This document shows positions 9,369-18,612 of a stretch of 64,000 nucleotides of DNA, in pieces. A program made the position numbers and the translations under genes. Within the stretch, counting starts at the first letter, position 1. Every line of letters starts with the position of its first letter. This stretch comes from Candidatus Poribacteria bacterium (GTDB lineage Bacteria > Poribacteria > WGA-4E > PCPOR2b). The notes beneath the pieces are model-generated. The model worked only from the letters and a program-made list of their open reading frames with translations, ran no database searches and was not told the origin of the DNA. The stretch covers positions 864,001-928,000 of the forward strand of contig OZ240245.1 of the NCBI GenBank assembly GCA_965198175.1. The letters are read 5' to 3'.

Positions 9369-10103
9369 TTACCTACGTTTTCCCTGCGCGGTTTTTGTCA
9401 TTCCCCATAGCGTCAGTAACCGTGTCGTTGGAGAAACCGCCAATCGCCCCGGTGACCATGCAGCCACTTCATCAAGAGCCGGGTTTTGGGTGAGATTAAT
9501 CGGATTTCCGCCGTCAGCGTCCATGACATAAATCTCTAGATTCCCATCAATCGCTATGTTCCCATTGCGATCCGAACAAAAGGCAATTTTCGTCCCATCC
9601 GGAGACCAGCAAGGAACGACGTCCCATCCAGGTTCTCTGGTAAGCCGGATGGGATTGCCACCATCAGCGTCCATGACATAAATTTCAAAGTTCCCATCGC
9701 GCTCCGAATAAAAGGCAATTTTCGTCCCATCGGGAGACCAACGAGGCGCCGTGTCTGTTTCGGGTTCTCTGGTAAGCCGGATGGGATTGCCACCGTCAGC
9801 GTCCATGACGTAGATCTCAGAGTTCCATTTCTCCTTGCGATCTGATATAAAAGCAATCTTGTTCCCATCTGGAGACCAGTCGGGGACGGAATCGTATGAT
9901 GTGGGATTATTCGTAAGATTGCGGGGTTGAGACCCATCTGCCATCATTACAAAGATATCTTGATCCCCAGGGCTGTCCCGGTCCGAAGAAAAGGCAATAA
10001 ATGAGTCGATCGATTGCGCTGGATTAGCCGACATGAGGACAAAGCCCATTGTCACCATGAAACTGCGCGGATGCAGGATTCGGTTCAAGTGTAGGAATTT
10101 CAT
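9369..10103 (-). CDS. Secreted TolB-like PD40 repeat protein
   Basis: EIYVMDADGGNPIRLT..PxWSPDGTKIAF repeats; C-terminal LAVSPTTRLLTLWGMTK motif. Confidence 0.88.
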   Translation of the reverse strand: MKFLHLNRILHPRSFMVTMGFVLMSANPAQSIDSFIAFSSDRDSPGDQDIFVMMADGSQPRNLTNNPTSYDSVPDWSPDGNKIAFISDRKEKWNSEIYVMDADGGNPIRLTREPETDTAPRWSPDGTKIAFYSERDGNFEIYVMDADGGNPIRLTREPGWDVVPCWSPDGTKIAFCSDRNGNIAIDGNLEIYVMDADGGNPINLTQNPALDEVAAWSPGRLAVSPTTRLLTLWGMTKTAQGKRR

Positions 10104-10186
10104 GAGCTATCCCGCCTTCTAAGAATTCATCTTTAGATTATGATAGACGTTCTGCTTTCTCGGTTTCTCACCCCAATTGCGTAGTG

Positions 10187-12436
10187 CTACTTGACAATCA
10201 CCATCCGCCGTAACGCGGTGTAATCACCCGCACGGAGTTGATAGTAATAGGTGCCGCTTGTGACGGGTTCTCCGTTTTGGTTACGCCCGTCCCAATACGC
10301 TGCTTTTGCTTTATCTCGGTAGACGCCCGACTTTTGACGTCCAATGTTGAGGGTACGGACGATATGACCGCTCTGGTCATAGATGCTCAAGGTCACGAGT
10401 GCATCTTTTTCCAACTGATACGGTATCCAGGTTTCGGGGTTGAACGGATTAGGATAATTTTGCAGCAACGCTGTTCGTTTGATGTTTCCGAGGGTCGTGG
10501 TGCGCCTTTCCGACGGTTCCACCCCAATCCCAACACCGGTTGATGCGGTAATTTCCCACAGCAACACGGTGCCGTCCCAACTTGCACTCGCGAGGGTGTC
10601 ATCATCATCGTTGAAAGCGACACTACTGACCGACCTCGCATGCCCGGTGAGTGTTCGCAGGTGGTTGCCTGTGGCAACGTCCCACAGGTGAATCTCTTTC
10701 GAGCTTCCTCCAGCGAGCGTGTCGCCATCCGCGCTGAAGGCGAGGCTACTGACCCCATTCGTGTGCCCGTTGAGCATTCGCAGGCGGTCGCCCGCAGTAG
10801 TGTCCCACAGAAAAATCTCTTTCGAGTTTCCACTAGCGAGCGTTGCACCGTCAGGACTGAAAGCGACGTTACCGACGGCGCCCGTATGCCCTTCGAGCGT
10901 TTTTAACTGCTTGCCCGTGGCAGCGTTCCACAGGCGGATGAGACTGTCTCTACCCGCACTGGCAACAGTGCGCGCATCCGGGTGGAATGCGACACTATTG
11001 ACAGAACCCGTATGCTCGTCGAACATAAACAAGTGGTTACCCGTGGCGGTGTTCCACAGCCGCGCCCTACTGTCATAACCTCCGCTAACGATTTTGTCAC
11101 CATCCGGGCTGAAGGCGACGCTATGGACGCTCAAGCTATGTCCGCTGAGCGTTCGCAGGTGTTCGCCAGCCGCAATGTCTAACAGCCGTACAGTACTGTC
11201 ATCACTACCGCTAGCGATCGTTGTGCCATCTGAGCTGAAAGCGAGGCTATTGATAGAAACGCTATGCGCCTTGAGGGTACGCAGGTGTTGGCGAGACGAA
11301 ACATCCCACAGCCGCACGGTTCCGACATTGCTCCCAGTAGCAAGCGTTGCGCCGTCAGGGCTGAGTGCGACGCTCCTGAGCGAACTCGTATGCCCGTTGA
11401 GCGTTCGAAGGTGGTTGCCCGAGGCAACGTCCCACATCCGGATGGTTCCGTTCCGACTGTGACTGGTGATCGTACGCCCATCAGGACTGAACGTAACGCT
11501 ATTGACCCAACTTGTATGCCCGTTGAGCGTTCGTACGTGTTCGCCTGTGGCAGTGTCCCACAGATGAATTTCTTCCCAGCTCCCACTGGCAAGCGTTGAG
11601 TCATCCGGGCTGAATGCGACGCCATTGACCCCATGTCTGTGCGGTTCGATCGTTTGCAGTAGTTTGCCCGTGGCAGTGTCCCACAGATCAATCTTAAAAA
11701 AGTCCGCACTGGCGAGCATTGCACCATCCGGGCTGAATTTAAGGCTATCGACAATACCATAATGCCCGTTGAGTGTGTGCAGGAGTTCGCCCGTGACAGC
11801 GTTCCACATCCGGACGGAATCGTCCCAACCCCCGCTTGCGACAGTGTGTCCATTTGGACTAAACGCAACGATTTCAACGATACTAGAATGCCCGCTGAGC
11901 GTGTGGAGGAGATCGCCCGTGGCAGCGTCCCATAGACGGATGGTATCTCCCCAAGCCCCGCCGCCGGTATCGTCCCAACTCATACTACTTGCTATGGTGC
12001 GCCCATCGGGTCTGAACGTAACGCTTTCGACCGAATCCGATACGGTGATGGTACGCAGGAGTTCGCCCGTATCGGTGTCCCAGAATTGGATAGTGTCTTT
12101 GTTCCCGCTGGCGATGGTGCGACCATCGGGACTGAACGCAACGCTTCCTGCCGAACTCGTCTGCGCAGAGAGCAGGGCAACCTCTTGATTGGTCGCTGTA
12201 TCGTAGAGCCAAATACCGATACCGCTAGCCACCGCAAGGCGGGTGCCGTCGGGCGAATACTGTATTTCATTTATCACACCTTTACCGAGGCGCGCTTTAG
12301 CGCCATCGGGCAGACTCCATTGTGGAGAATCTTGGGCGACGCTGTTTGATACAAATGTGACCGTTACAAATACGAGTAGTATGAATCTTACAGATAGTGC
12401 CGTTTTCATGAGTTGGTTTTTCTTGTCTCGTTGCAT
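10187..12436 (-). CDS. Secreted WD40-repeat protein (14 blades, more divergent) with FlgD-Ig/T9SS-A-like domain
   Basis: Same N- and C-terminal parts; AGGAG RBS. Confidence 0.92.
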   Translation of the reverse strand: MQRDKKNQLMKTALSVRFILLVFVTVTFVSNSVAQDSPQWSLPDGAKARLGKGVINEIQYSPDGTRLAVASGIGIWLYDTATNQEVALLSAQTSSAGSVAFSPDGRTIASGNKDTIQFWDTDTGELLRTITVSDSVESVTFRPDGRTIASSMSWDDTGGGAWGDTIRLWDAATGDLLHTLSGHSSIVEIVAFSPNGHTVASGGWDDSVRMWNAVTGELLHTLNGHYGIVDSLKFSPDGAMLASADFFKIDLWDTATGKLLQTIEPHRHGVNGVAFSPDDSTLASGSWEEIHLWDTATGEHVRTLNGHTSWVNSVTFSPDGRTITSHSRNGTIRMWDVASGNHLRTLNGHTSSLRSVALSPDGATLATGSNVGTVRLWDVSSRQHLRTLKAHSVSINSLAFSSDGTTIASGSDDSTVRLLDIAAGEHLRTLSGHSLSVHSVAFSPDGDKIVSGGYDSRARLWNTATGNHLFMFDEHTGSVNSVAFHPDARTVASAGRDSLIRLWNAATGKQLKTLEGHTGAVGNVAFSPDGATLASGNSKEIFLWDTTAGDRLRMLNGHTNGVSSLAFSADGDTLAGGSSKEIHLWDVATGNHLRTLTGHARSVSSVAFNDDDDTLASASWDGTVLLWEITASTGVGIGVEPSERRTTTLGNIKRTALLQNYPNPFNPETWIPYQLEKDALVTLSIYDQSGHIVRTLNIGRQKSGVYRDKAKAAYWDGRNQNGEPVTSGTYYYQLRAGDYTALRRMVIVK

Positions 12437-12532
12437 TGTCTCGCTCCTCTTTAATCATCACGCGAATACTAACTTACGAGAATTCTAGTTTACGAAACTA
12501 AATCAGGTTCTTCGAGGTGATTAAACGGACAC

Positions 12533-12548
12533 GCAAAATACGTGCCAA
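12533..12548 (-). promoter_or_regulatory. Sigma-54 -24/-12 promoter
   Basis: TTGGCACGTATTTTGC on minus strand upstream of WD40 gene. Confidence 0.8.
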
Positions 12549-12645
12549 CGGATACACCACTTCAATTTTCGGCGCGGTAAGCCTGTTTCATTCAGCCGTA
12601 CGCACAGTTTGAGATTTTTCATTTAGAGATTAGAGATTCGGTCCT

Positions 12646-12661
12646 TGCACCGAACGGTGCA
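12646..12661. promoter_or_regulatory. Palindromic enhancer-like site (NtrC-family UAS-like)
   Basis: TGCACCGAACGGTGCA. Confidence 0.65.
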
Positions 12662-12786
12662 GTTTGAACGAAAATTTGTTCTGTTTCGTGCATCGCCCAA
12701 CATCTCAGGTTGTTTAAGACAACCCTTTTTTTATTCAGCAATACTCGGTTTCCGTTGCGCGCACTCCTAACATGAGCCAAGGATTA

Positions 12787-14850
12787 TTAAAACGCGACCA
12801 TAACGCCCAATGTCGGCAGAATCGGCAACAGCGGCTCTTCGTCAATCTCGCATCTGAGCAGCACATCCGTTTCATCGTCTCGCACCTCACTGAACGCATA
12901 TTGGTCAAGGTTAGATCGATTGTACAAATTTAAGATCTGGAAATACCAAGTGAGTTCCCACCGGCTGTACGGATTTCGATCCGTAAACCGAAAATCGAGG
13001 CTGTGGTACGGTGGCAGCCGCTCTGAATGCGTCGCCCCAAACTGTCGGTCACATACGATTCCTCCTCCCGGCTGCGAAACCAGCGTATGCGTCAACGGCG
13101 TTCCCGGTTCACCGGAATGGAAACGCCAAGTGAGGTAGAGATGCCGCCCGTGTGAAAGTTGATGGCTGCTGCTGACAGCGACAGAATGCCGCCGGTCAGA
13201 CTGTCGAAAAAATGTCTCGCCTCCTGCACTTTCTTTGGCAACCGCGTATGCATAGCCGATTCCCCACGTTAACCGATTTGAAACCACATGCGTCACGAAG
13301 ACATCTACCCCTTTTGCTTCCCCGGATTCCGGGGGCGTGAAAATCTGGGTCTGTCGTCCAAATTCCCTGAGCCGCCCAGTAAGATTGTCCAGTGTTTTGT
13401 AATACGATTCCAAACGGAACAAGAATTTGTCGCTTGGACGGTATTCACCACCGAGAATGTAATGAACCGCCTGTTCAGCGCGCCCGACGGTCTGTACACT
13501 ATCCTCGACAGGGATATTCATCATAAGGATGGGTTGGTGATAGAATCCCCACGCCCCGCGCAACACTAGTTTCTCTGTTGGGCGTACCGCAAGTGCCACT
13601 CGAGGCCCAAGTTCATAGTTTTGGATACCGGCGGCACGATAGTCTTGGAACAGATACCGCCCCCCAAAATTGAGCGCGAGCTTCGGATGGAGCTGCCACT
13701 CGTCTTGAATGTACGCCTTGAATTCGCCGCCACTGCCTTCAAGGTCCGCAACGACTCGTGCGTACGTGTCCACTCCAGACTGCCGCTCCCGGACATCGTA
13801 ATCGTATTGCGCCGCCATCCAACGCCATTCTATTCCGCTGCGTAATTGATGTTTATCCAGAAAACCGGCTGTTAATTCAGTTTTTGCACCCAAGAAACGG
13901 AACGAACGAACATCAAAGTCCGCCGTTCCAGTGCGCCGATCTTGGGCTGCACTCCCCCCAAAAACAAACACATCAGACCAGTTCGACGTGCCAAAGCGAT
14001 GCCGCCACCGTGTCCAAACGGTCAAATTGTCATAGCGCGAATCTAAATTATTTTCGAGGTCGCCTTGCCGAATCCGATTCTTATCCCATCCATAAAGCCC
14101 ATTGAGCGTGATCGTGTCCATCTGTGTCGGAGCATAGGTAAGTTTACCATAGACATCCGCGTATTGTGGCTTGTAGTCCTCATCGAGATCAATCAGTGCA
14201 AGAATCAGGTCAACGTAACCACGGCGTGCTGACAGGCGCCACGACCCTTTCTCTGATAAGGGTCCTTCCACCATGGCGGTTGCATTGATGAGATCAACTC
14301 CTAAATTGGCGGAAACTTTCTCGCTTTTCTCCGCCTTTGTTGTAATGTCAAACACACCGGACATTTTGTCTCCGTATTCCGCCGGGAAGCCGCCCATCAA
14401 CAATTCGATGCGCTGGATTAAATCTAGCCCAACCATTGAAACTGCACCTCCAAAGTCTTGCAGGTGGTACGGATTGAACAGTTCCATCCCGTCTAATCTC
14501 ACCAAAACGTCGTCCTTCTCCCCGCCGCGTACACTGAAACGGGCGCTGTAATCGCTCGCAACGACCCCTGGGAAAATATGTGCAGCCCGCATCACGTCAT
14601 TATCAACCAGCGGAAATCGCTCAATGAGCCGTTTTGAGAGTGATATCCTTGAAGGTGTCCCATCATCAATCGCAAACCGGCCCGGTGTCACCACAATTTC
14701 GTCGAGTTCAACAGGTTCTGCGTCACCCTGTGCTGAAACGATTGGATTGGATGTTTCCTCCGCTACAGCGTTACCGCAGCAAATCGGCAACAACTGATTG
14801 ATGATGCAGATTACGGCAAGAGCAATCTGCTTAAAATGTCGATTGAACAT
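12787..14850 (-). CDS. TonB-dependent receptor
   Basis: TonB box ELDEIVVT, plug (FSVRGG...LDG..LFNPYHL...GGFPAEYG), C-terminal Phe; RBS before ATG 14850. Confidence 0.88.
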   Translation of the reverse strand: MFNRHFKQIALAVICIINQLLPICCGNAVAEETSNPIVSAQGDAEPVELDEIVVTPGRFAIDDGTPSRISLSKRLIERFPLVDNDVMRAAHIFPGVVASDYSARFSVRGGEKDDVLVRLDGMELFNPYHLQDFGGAVSMVGLDLIQRIELLMGGFPAEYGDKMSGVFDITTKAEKSEKVSANLGVDLINATAMVEGPLSEKGSWRLSARRGYVDLILALIDLDEDYKPQYADVYGKLTYAPTQMDTITLNGLYGWDKNRIRQGDLENNLDSRYDNLTVWTRWRHRFGTSNWSDVFVFGGSAAQDRRTGTADFDVRSFRFLGAKTELTAGFLDKHQLRSGIEWRWMAAQYDYDVRERQSGVDTYARVVADLEGSGGEFKAYIQDEWQLHPKLALNFGGRYLFQDYRAAGIQNYELGPRVALAVRPTEKLVLRGAWGFYHQPILMMNIPVEDSVQTVGRAEQAVHYILGGEYRPSDKFLFRLESYYKTLDNLTGRLREFGRQTQIFTPPESGEAKGVDVFVTHVVSNRLTWGIGYAYAVAKESAGGETFFRQSDRRHSVAVSSSHQLSHGRHLYLTWRFHSGEPGTPLTHTLVSQPGGGIVCDRQFGATHSERLPPYHSLDFRFTDRNPYSRWELTWYFQILNLYNRSNLDQYAFSEVRDDETDVLLRCEIDEEPLLPILPTLGVMVAF

Positions 14851-15068
14851 GAATGTTCCTCTTTCCAACAACCCTAGGGTATGTAGACAACAATATCTGC
14901 TCGGCTTTGACATCAATCGCTTAAACGATGAATTTTTCGGCAGGTTTAGTCGTCATCCATCCACACGCATAACCTCTGTTTTCTTTTTCCGAAATAACAC
15001 TTGGTTACCTCCCGATGGTTTTTTGAGTCTAATTGCAAAAAGGATATGTCCACAACTATGTCAAAATT

Positions 15069-15163
15069 AATAAACGGAGAGATGCAGTGAGTGCGTTTTC
15101 CGGACAGTGGGGAAGCCGCTGCATCGCTCCGTATTTTCGCTCAAGGAGGGGACTTCCCCACGC
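15069..15163 (-). repeat. Structured dispersed repeat, copy 2
   Basis: Homologous to 810-894. Confidence 0.7.
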
Positions 15164-15323
15164 TCTATGAGGATTTACCGGGCTATTGTGCGAGAGATTC
15201 CTTGCAATACTAAAACCCAATGTCGGCGGGAATATCGCTGTCTAATCGTGCGCAAATCGCTCTAATCGAAATTTCCGCCCGCTCCATGAACCTGAACGAC
15301 TCTCCTAAATTCCCGGCGATTAA

Positions 15324-15452
15324 GAGCCTGTTTGAATAGTCCAAATCCCTCTTCAAGAGAGGCTATTCTGAGGTAAATGCCCTGTAAATTCGATGATTAT
15401 GATTTTCAAATGTTCAAACAACTGCTTTGCTACCTACTTTTCAAACAAGCTT
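15324..15452. mobile_element. MITE (129 bp), IS5-family-derived
   Basis: TIRs gagcctgtttgaa/ttcaaacaagctt, flanked by TAA/TAA; near-identical copy at 18484-18612. Confidence 0.8.
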
Positions 15453-15953
15453 TAAGAGGTAACACATGAAGGAGTTGCCATGAGGAACTCAAAAGGAATC
15501 CCAATACTCTTCGTCTGCCCCGATTAAAACCATCAGGAAGGACATTATTGAGGATTGAAATATGAAATTAGTGAGCCCCGTCGATACCCAACGCTTCAGA
15601 ATCGTATTCAACAGATCGCAAATTCCAAACCACATAACTCTCGACGCCGTCACAATGATAAACAGAAAACGTTGGGTACCGCAACCTCATAACAAGGTTC
15701 AAACAGAATCAACCCCCGAATCTCATTCAATCAACTGACGGATAGATTAAGTGACCGAATCGTGAGTGCGATAGTTCTTTATAGGAATCTCAGGCGATAG
15801 TCTTCCGAAAACTATCGCAGTCGCTATTCGCTCCTTCACCGCTCAACCCAACCTACGTGCTGATACGCTCAGTCGCATCTAATCATCTCGCTCGCAGCAA
15901 TTTCTGAAGCCAGTGTATAGAAAAACTCGGTTTATCACCCCACTTGTGTGATG

Positions 15954-18230
15954 CTACTTGACAATAACCATCCGCCGTAACGCGGTGTAATCACCCGCAC
16001 GGAGTTGATAGAAATAGGTGCCGCTTGTCACAGATTCTCCGTTTTGGTTACGACCATCCCAATATGCTGCTTTTGCTTTGCCTCGGTAGATTCCCGAAAT
16101 TTGACGTCCAATGTCGAGTGTGTGGACGATATGACCGCTCTGGTCATAGACGATCAAGGTCACGAGTGCATCGTTTGCCAAGCGATACGGTATCCAAGTT
16201 TCCGGGTTGAACGGGTTCGGATAATTTTGCAGCAACGCCGTGCGTTTGATGTTTGCCAGGGTCGTCGTGCGCCTTCCCAGAGAGCTTACCCCAACCCCAA
16301 CTTCTGTGGAAGAGGTAAGTTCCCAAAGCAATACGGTGCCGTCCAAACTTCCGCTAGCGAGTGTGTGTCCATCGGGACTGAACGCGACGCTCTGGACGCC
16401 CATCGTATGCCCCTTAAGCGTACCCAAGAGTTCTCCCGTATCGATGTCCCACAGTCGGATGGTATCGTCCCAACTCCCCCCACTTGCGAGAGTGCGTCCA
16501 TCGGGACTGAAGGCAACACTCTCGACATCACGCGTATGCCCGGTGAGCGTTCGCAGGTGTTTACCTGTATCAACGTCCCACAGACGGATGGTATCGTTCC
16601 AGCTCCCACTTGCAATGGTGCGTCCGTCGGGACTAAACGCAACGCTCGTAACCCAATCCGTATGCCCGGTGAGGGTTCGCAGTTGTTTTCCGGTATCAAC
16701 ATCCCACAGACGGATCGTGCCGTCCAATCCCGCACCACTCGCGAGTGTGTGTCCATCGGCACTAAAGGCAACGCTCGTGACCGAATCCGTATGTCCGGTG
16801 AGCGATCGCCGGAGTTTTCCGGAATCGGTGTCCCACAGCCGGATGGCATTGTCCCGACTTCCCCCACTTGCGAGAGTGCGTCCATCGGGACTGAACACAA
16901 CGGTATTGACCCAACCCTCATGCTCCTTGAGCGTTCGCAGATGTTCTCCCGTGTCAACGTCCCACAATTGGATAATGTCTCCGTCACCACTTGCGAGAGT
17001 GCGTCCATCGGGACTAAACGAAACGGCATCGACCCGACTCGTATACTCGGCGATTGATCGCCTGTGTATTCCGGTATCGGCGTCCCACAGACTAATGGTA
17101 GCGTTCCCACTCCCACTTATGGTACGTCCTCCATTGGGACTGAACGCAACGCTATAAAACGAACTCACGCTTGCGAGTGTATCGCCATTGGGACTGAATG
17201 CAACGCTCCAGACCGAATCCGTATGCCCGGCGATTGTTCGCTGGTGTATTCCGGTATTGGCGTTCCACAGACGGATGGTATCGTCCTGGCTTCCACTTGC
17301 GAGCGTGCGTCCTTCCGGGCTGAATGCAACGCTCCTGACCGATTTCGTATGCTCCTTTAGCGATCCCAGGAGTTTTCCCGTATTGGCGTTCCACAGACGG
17401 ATGGTATCGTCCTGGCTTCCACTTGCGAGTGTGTGTCCATCGGGACTAAAGGCAACGCTATTGATTCGACTCGCATGCCCGGAGAGGGTTCTCCAGTGAT
17501 TTCCTGAATCTGTGTCCCACAGTCGGATGGTACGATCCCCACTGCCACTTGCGAGCATGTGCCCATCGGGACTGAATGCAACGCTCCAGACCGAATCCGT
17601 ATGCCCGGCGATTGTTCGCTGGTGTATTCCGGTATTGGCGTTCCACAGACGGATGGTATCGTCCTGGCTTCCACTTGCGAGTGTGTGTCCATCGAGACTG
17701 AACGCAACGCTATTGACCGAATCCGTATGCCCGGTGAGCGTTCGCTGGTGGTCTCCCGTATCGGTGTCCCACAGACGGATGGTATCGTCCCAACCCCCAC
17801 TTGCAATGATGTGTCCATTGGGACTGAACGCAACGCTATTGACCCAACTCGCATGCCCCATGAAAGTTTGCAGATGTTTACCTGTATCGGCGTTCCACAG
17901 ACGGATGGTACGGTCTTCACTCCCACTTGCAATGGTGTGTCCGTCGGGACTGAACGCTACGCTCAAAACCGCACCCGTATGCCCGGTGAGCAGGTCCACC
18001 TCTTGATGGGTCACCGTATCGTAGAGCCAAATACCGATACTGCTGGCGACCGCAAGGCGGGTGCCGTCGGGCGAATAATGAATTTCACTTATCCTGCCTT
18101 TACCAATCCGGGCTTTTGCCCCTTCGGGTAGATTCCACTGCGGAGAATCTTGGGCGTCACTGTGCGGTAAAAATAGAGCGGAAACAAAAAAGAATAATAG
18201 GCTAAGCTTGAAAAACATCGCTCTCTTCAT
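15954..18230 (-). CDS. Secreted WD40-repeat protein (14 blades plus partial blade) with FlgD-Ig/T9SS-A-like domain
   Basis: Same architecture, 758 aa. Confidence 0.92.
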   Translation of the reverse strand: MKRAMFFKLSLLFFFVSALFLPHSDAQDSPQWNLPEGAKARIGKGRISEIHYSPDGTRLAVASSIGIWLYDTVTHQEVDLLTGHTGAVLSVAFSPDGHTIASGSEDRTIRLWNADTGKHLQTFMGHASWVNSVAFSPNGHIIASGGWDDTIRLWDTDTGDHQRTLTGHTDSVNSVAFSLDGHTLASGSQDDTIRLWNANTGIHQRTIAGHTDSVWSVAFSPDGHMLASGSGDRTIRLWDTDSGNHWRTLSGHASRINSVAFSPDGHTLASGSQDDTIRLWNANTGKLLGSLKEHTKSVRSVAFSPEGRTLASGSQDDTIRLWNANTGIHQRTIAGHTDSVWSVAFSPNGDTLASVSSFYSVAFSPNGGRTISGSGNATISLWDADTGIHRRSIAEYTSRVDAVSFSPDGRTLASGDGDIIQLWDVDTGEHLRTLKEHEGWVNTVVFSPDGRTLASGGSRDNAIRLWDTDSGKLRRSLTGHTDSVTSVAFSADGHTLASGAGLDGTIRLWDVDTGKQLRTLTGHTDWVTSVAFSPDGRTIASGSWNDTIRLWDVDTGKHLRTLTGHTRDVESVAFSPDGRTLASGGSWDDTIRLWDIDTGELLGTLKGHTMGVQSVAFSPDGHTLASGSLDGTVLLWELTSSTEVGVGVSSLGRRTTTLANIKRTALLQNYPNPFNPETWIPYRLANDALVTLIVYDQSGHIVHTLDIGRQISGIYRGKAKAAYWDGRNQNGESVTSGTYFYQLRAGDYTALRRMVIVK

Positions 18231-18305
18231 TGGAATAATCCTCCATATTTGAGTAAGGCGGTATATTCCCTCGATTTCTATTTTTGGAGCACGATCTCGG
18301 TTTTA

Positions 18306-18483
18306 GAGCCTGTTTGAAAAAGAAAAAGTTGCGCGAACGGTTGATGTTTACTTTTACTAATTGGGGGAGTTAATTCTGAACCAATGATAAGGAGCAAATA
18401 TGAACCGCCGGAGTTATTCCAGCGATTTGACAGATGCACAATGGGAGCAACTATTTTCATTTTTGCCAACCCCTCAACCCTTA
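18306..18483 (+). mobile_element. IS5-family left end with transposase N-terminal remnant
   Basis: IR gagcctgtttgaaaa; ATG 18400 MNRRSYSSDLTDAQWEQLFSFLP (typical IS5/IS427 N-terminus), cut by the MITE. Confidence 0.75.
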
Positions 18484-18612
18484 AAGCCTGTTTGAATAGT
18501 CCAAATCCCTCTTCGAGAGAGACTATTTTGAGGTAAATACCCTGTAAATTCGATGATTTTGATTTTCAAATGTTCAAACAACTGCTTTGCTACCTACTTT
18601 TCAAACAGGCCC
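18484..18612. mobile_element. MITE (129 bp), second copy
   Basis: TIRs gcctgtttgaa/ttcaaacaggc; abuts stop codon of TonB-dependent receptor. Confidence 0.8.

Noticed and set aside
15069..15163. Cobalamin riboswitch upstream of TonB receptor (CCACTG, GGGAAG seen)
   Set aside because: Motif order and spacing do not fit the B12 element
2265..18131. Many long alternative-frame and antisense ORFs (e.g. 5073-6551, 7125-8234, 7762-8925, 16005-17057)
   Set aside because: Shadows of the repetitive WD40 coding sequence; same periodicity and no independent gene signals
1973..18230. Diversity-generating retroelement behind the WD40 variation
   Set aside because: No reverse transcriptase or template repeat in the window, and differences are not confined to adenines
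1973..18230. WD40 DNA repeats as a CRISPR-like array
   Set aside because: 126-129 bp in-frame coding units, not constant repeats with unique spacers
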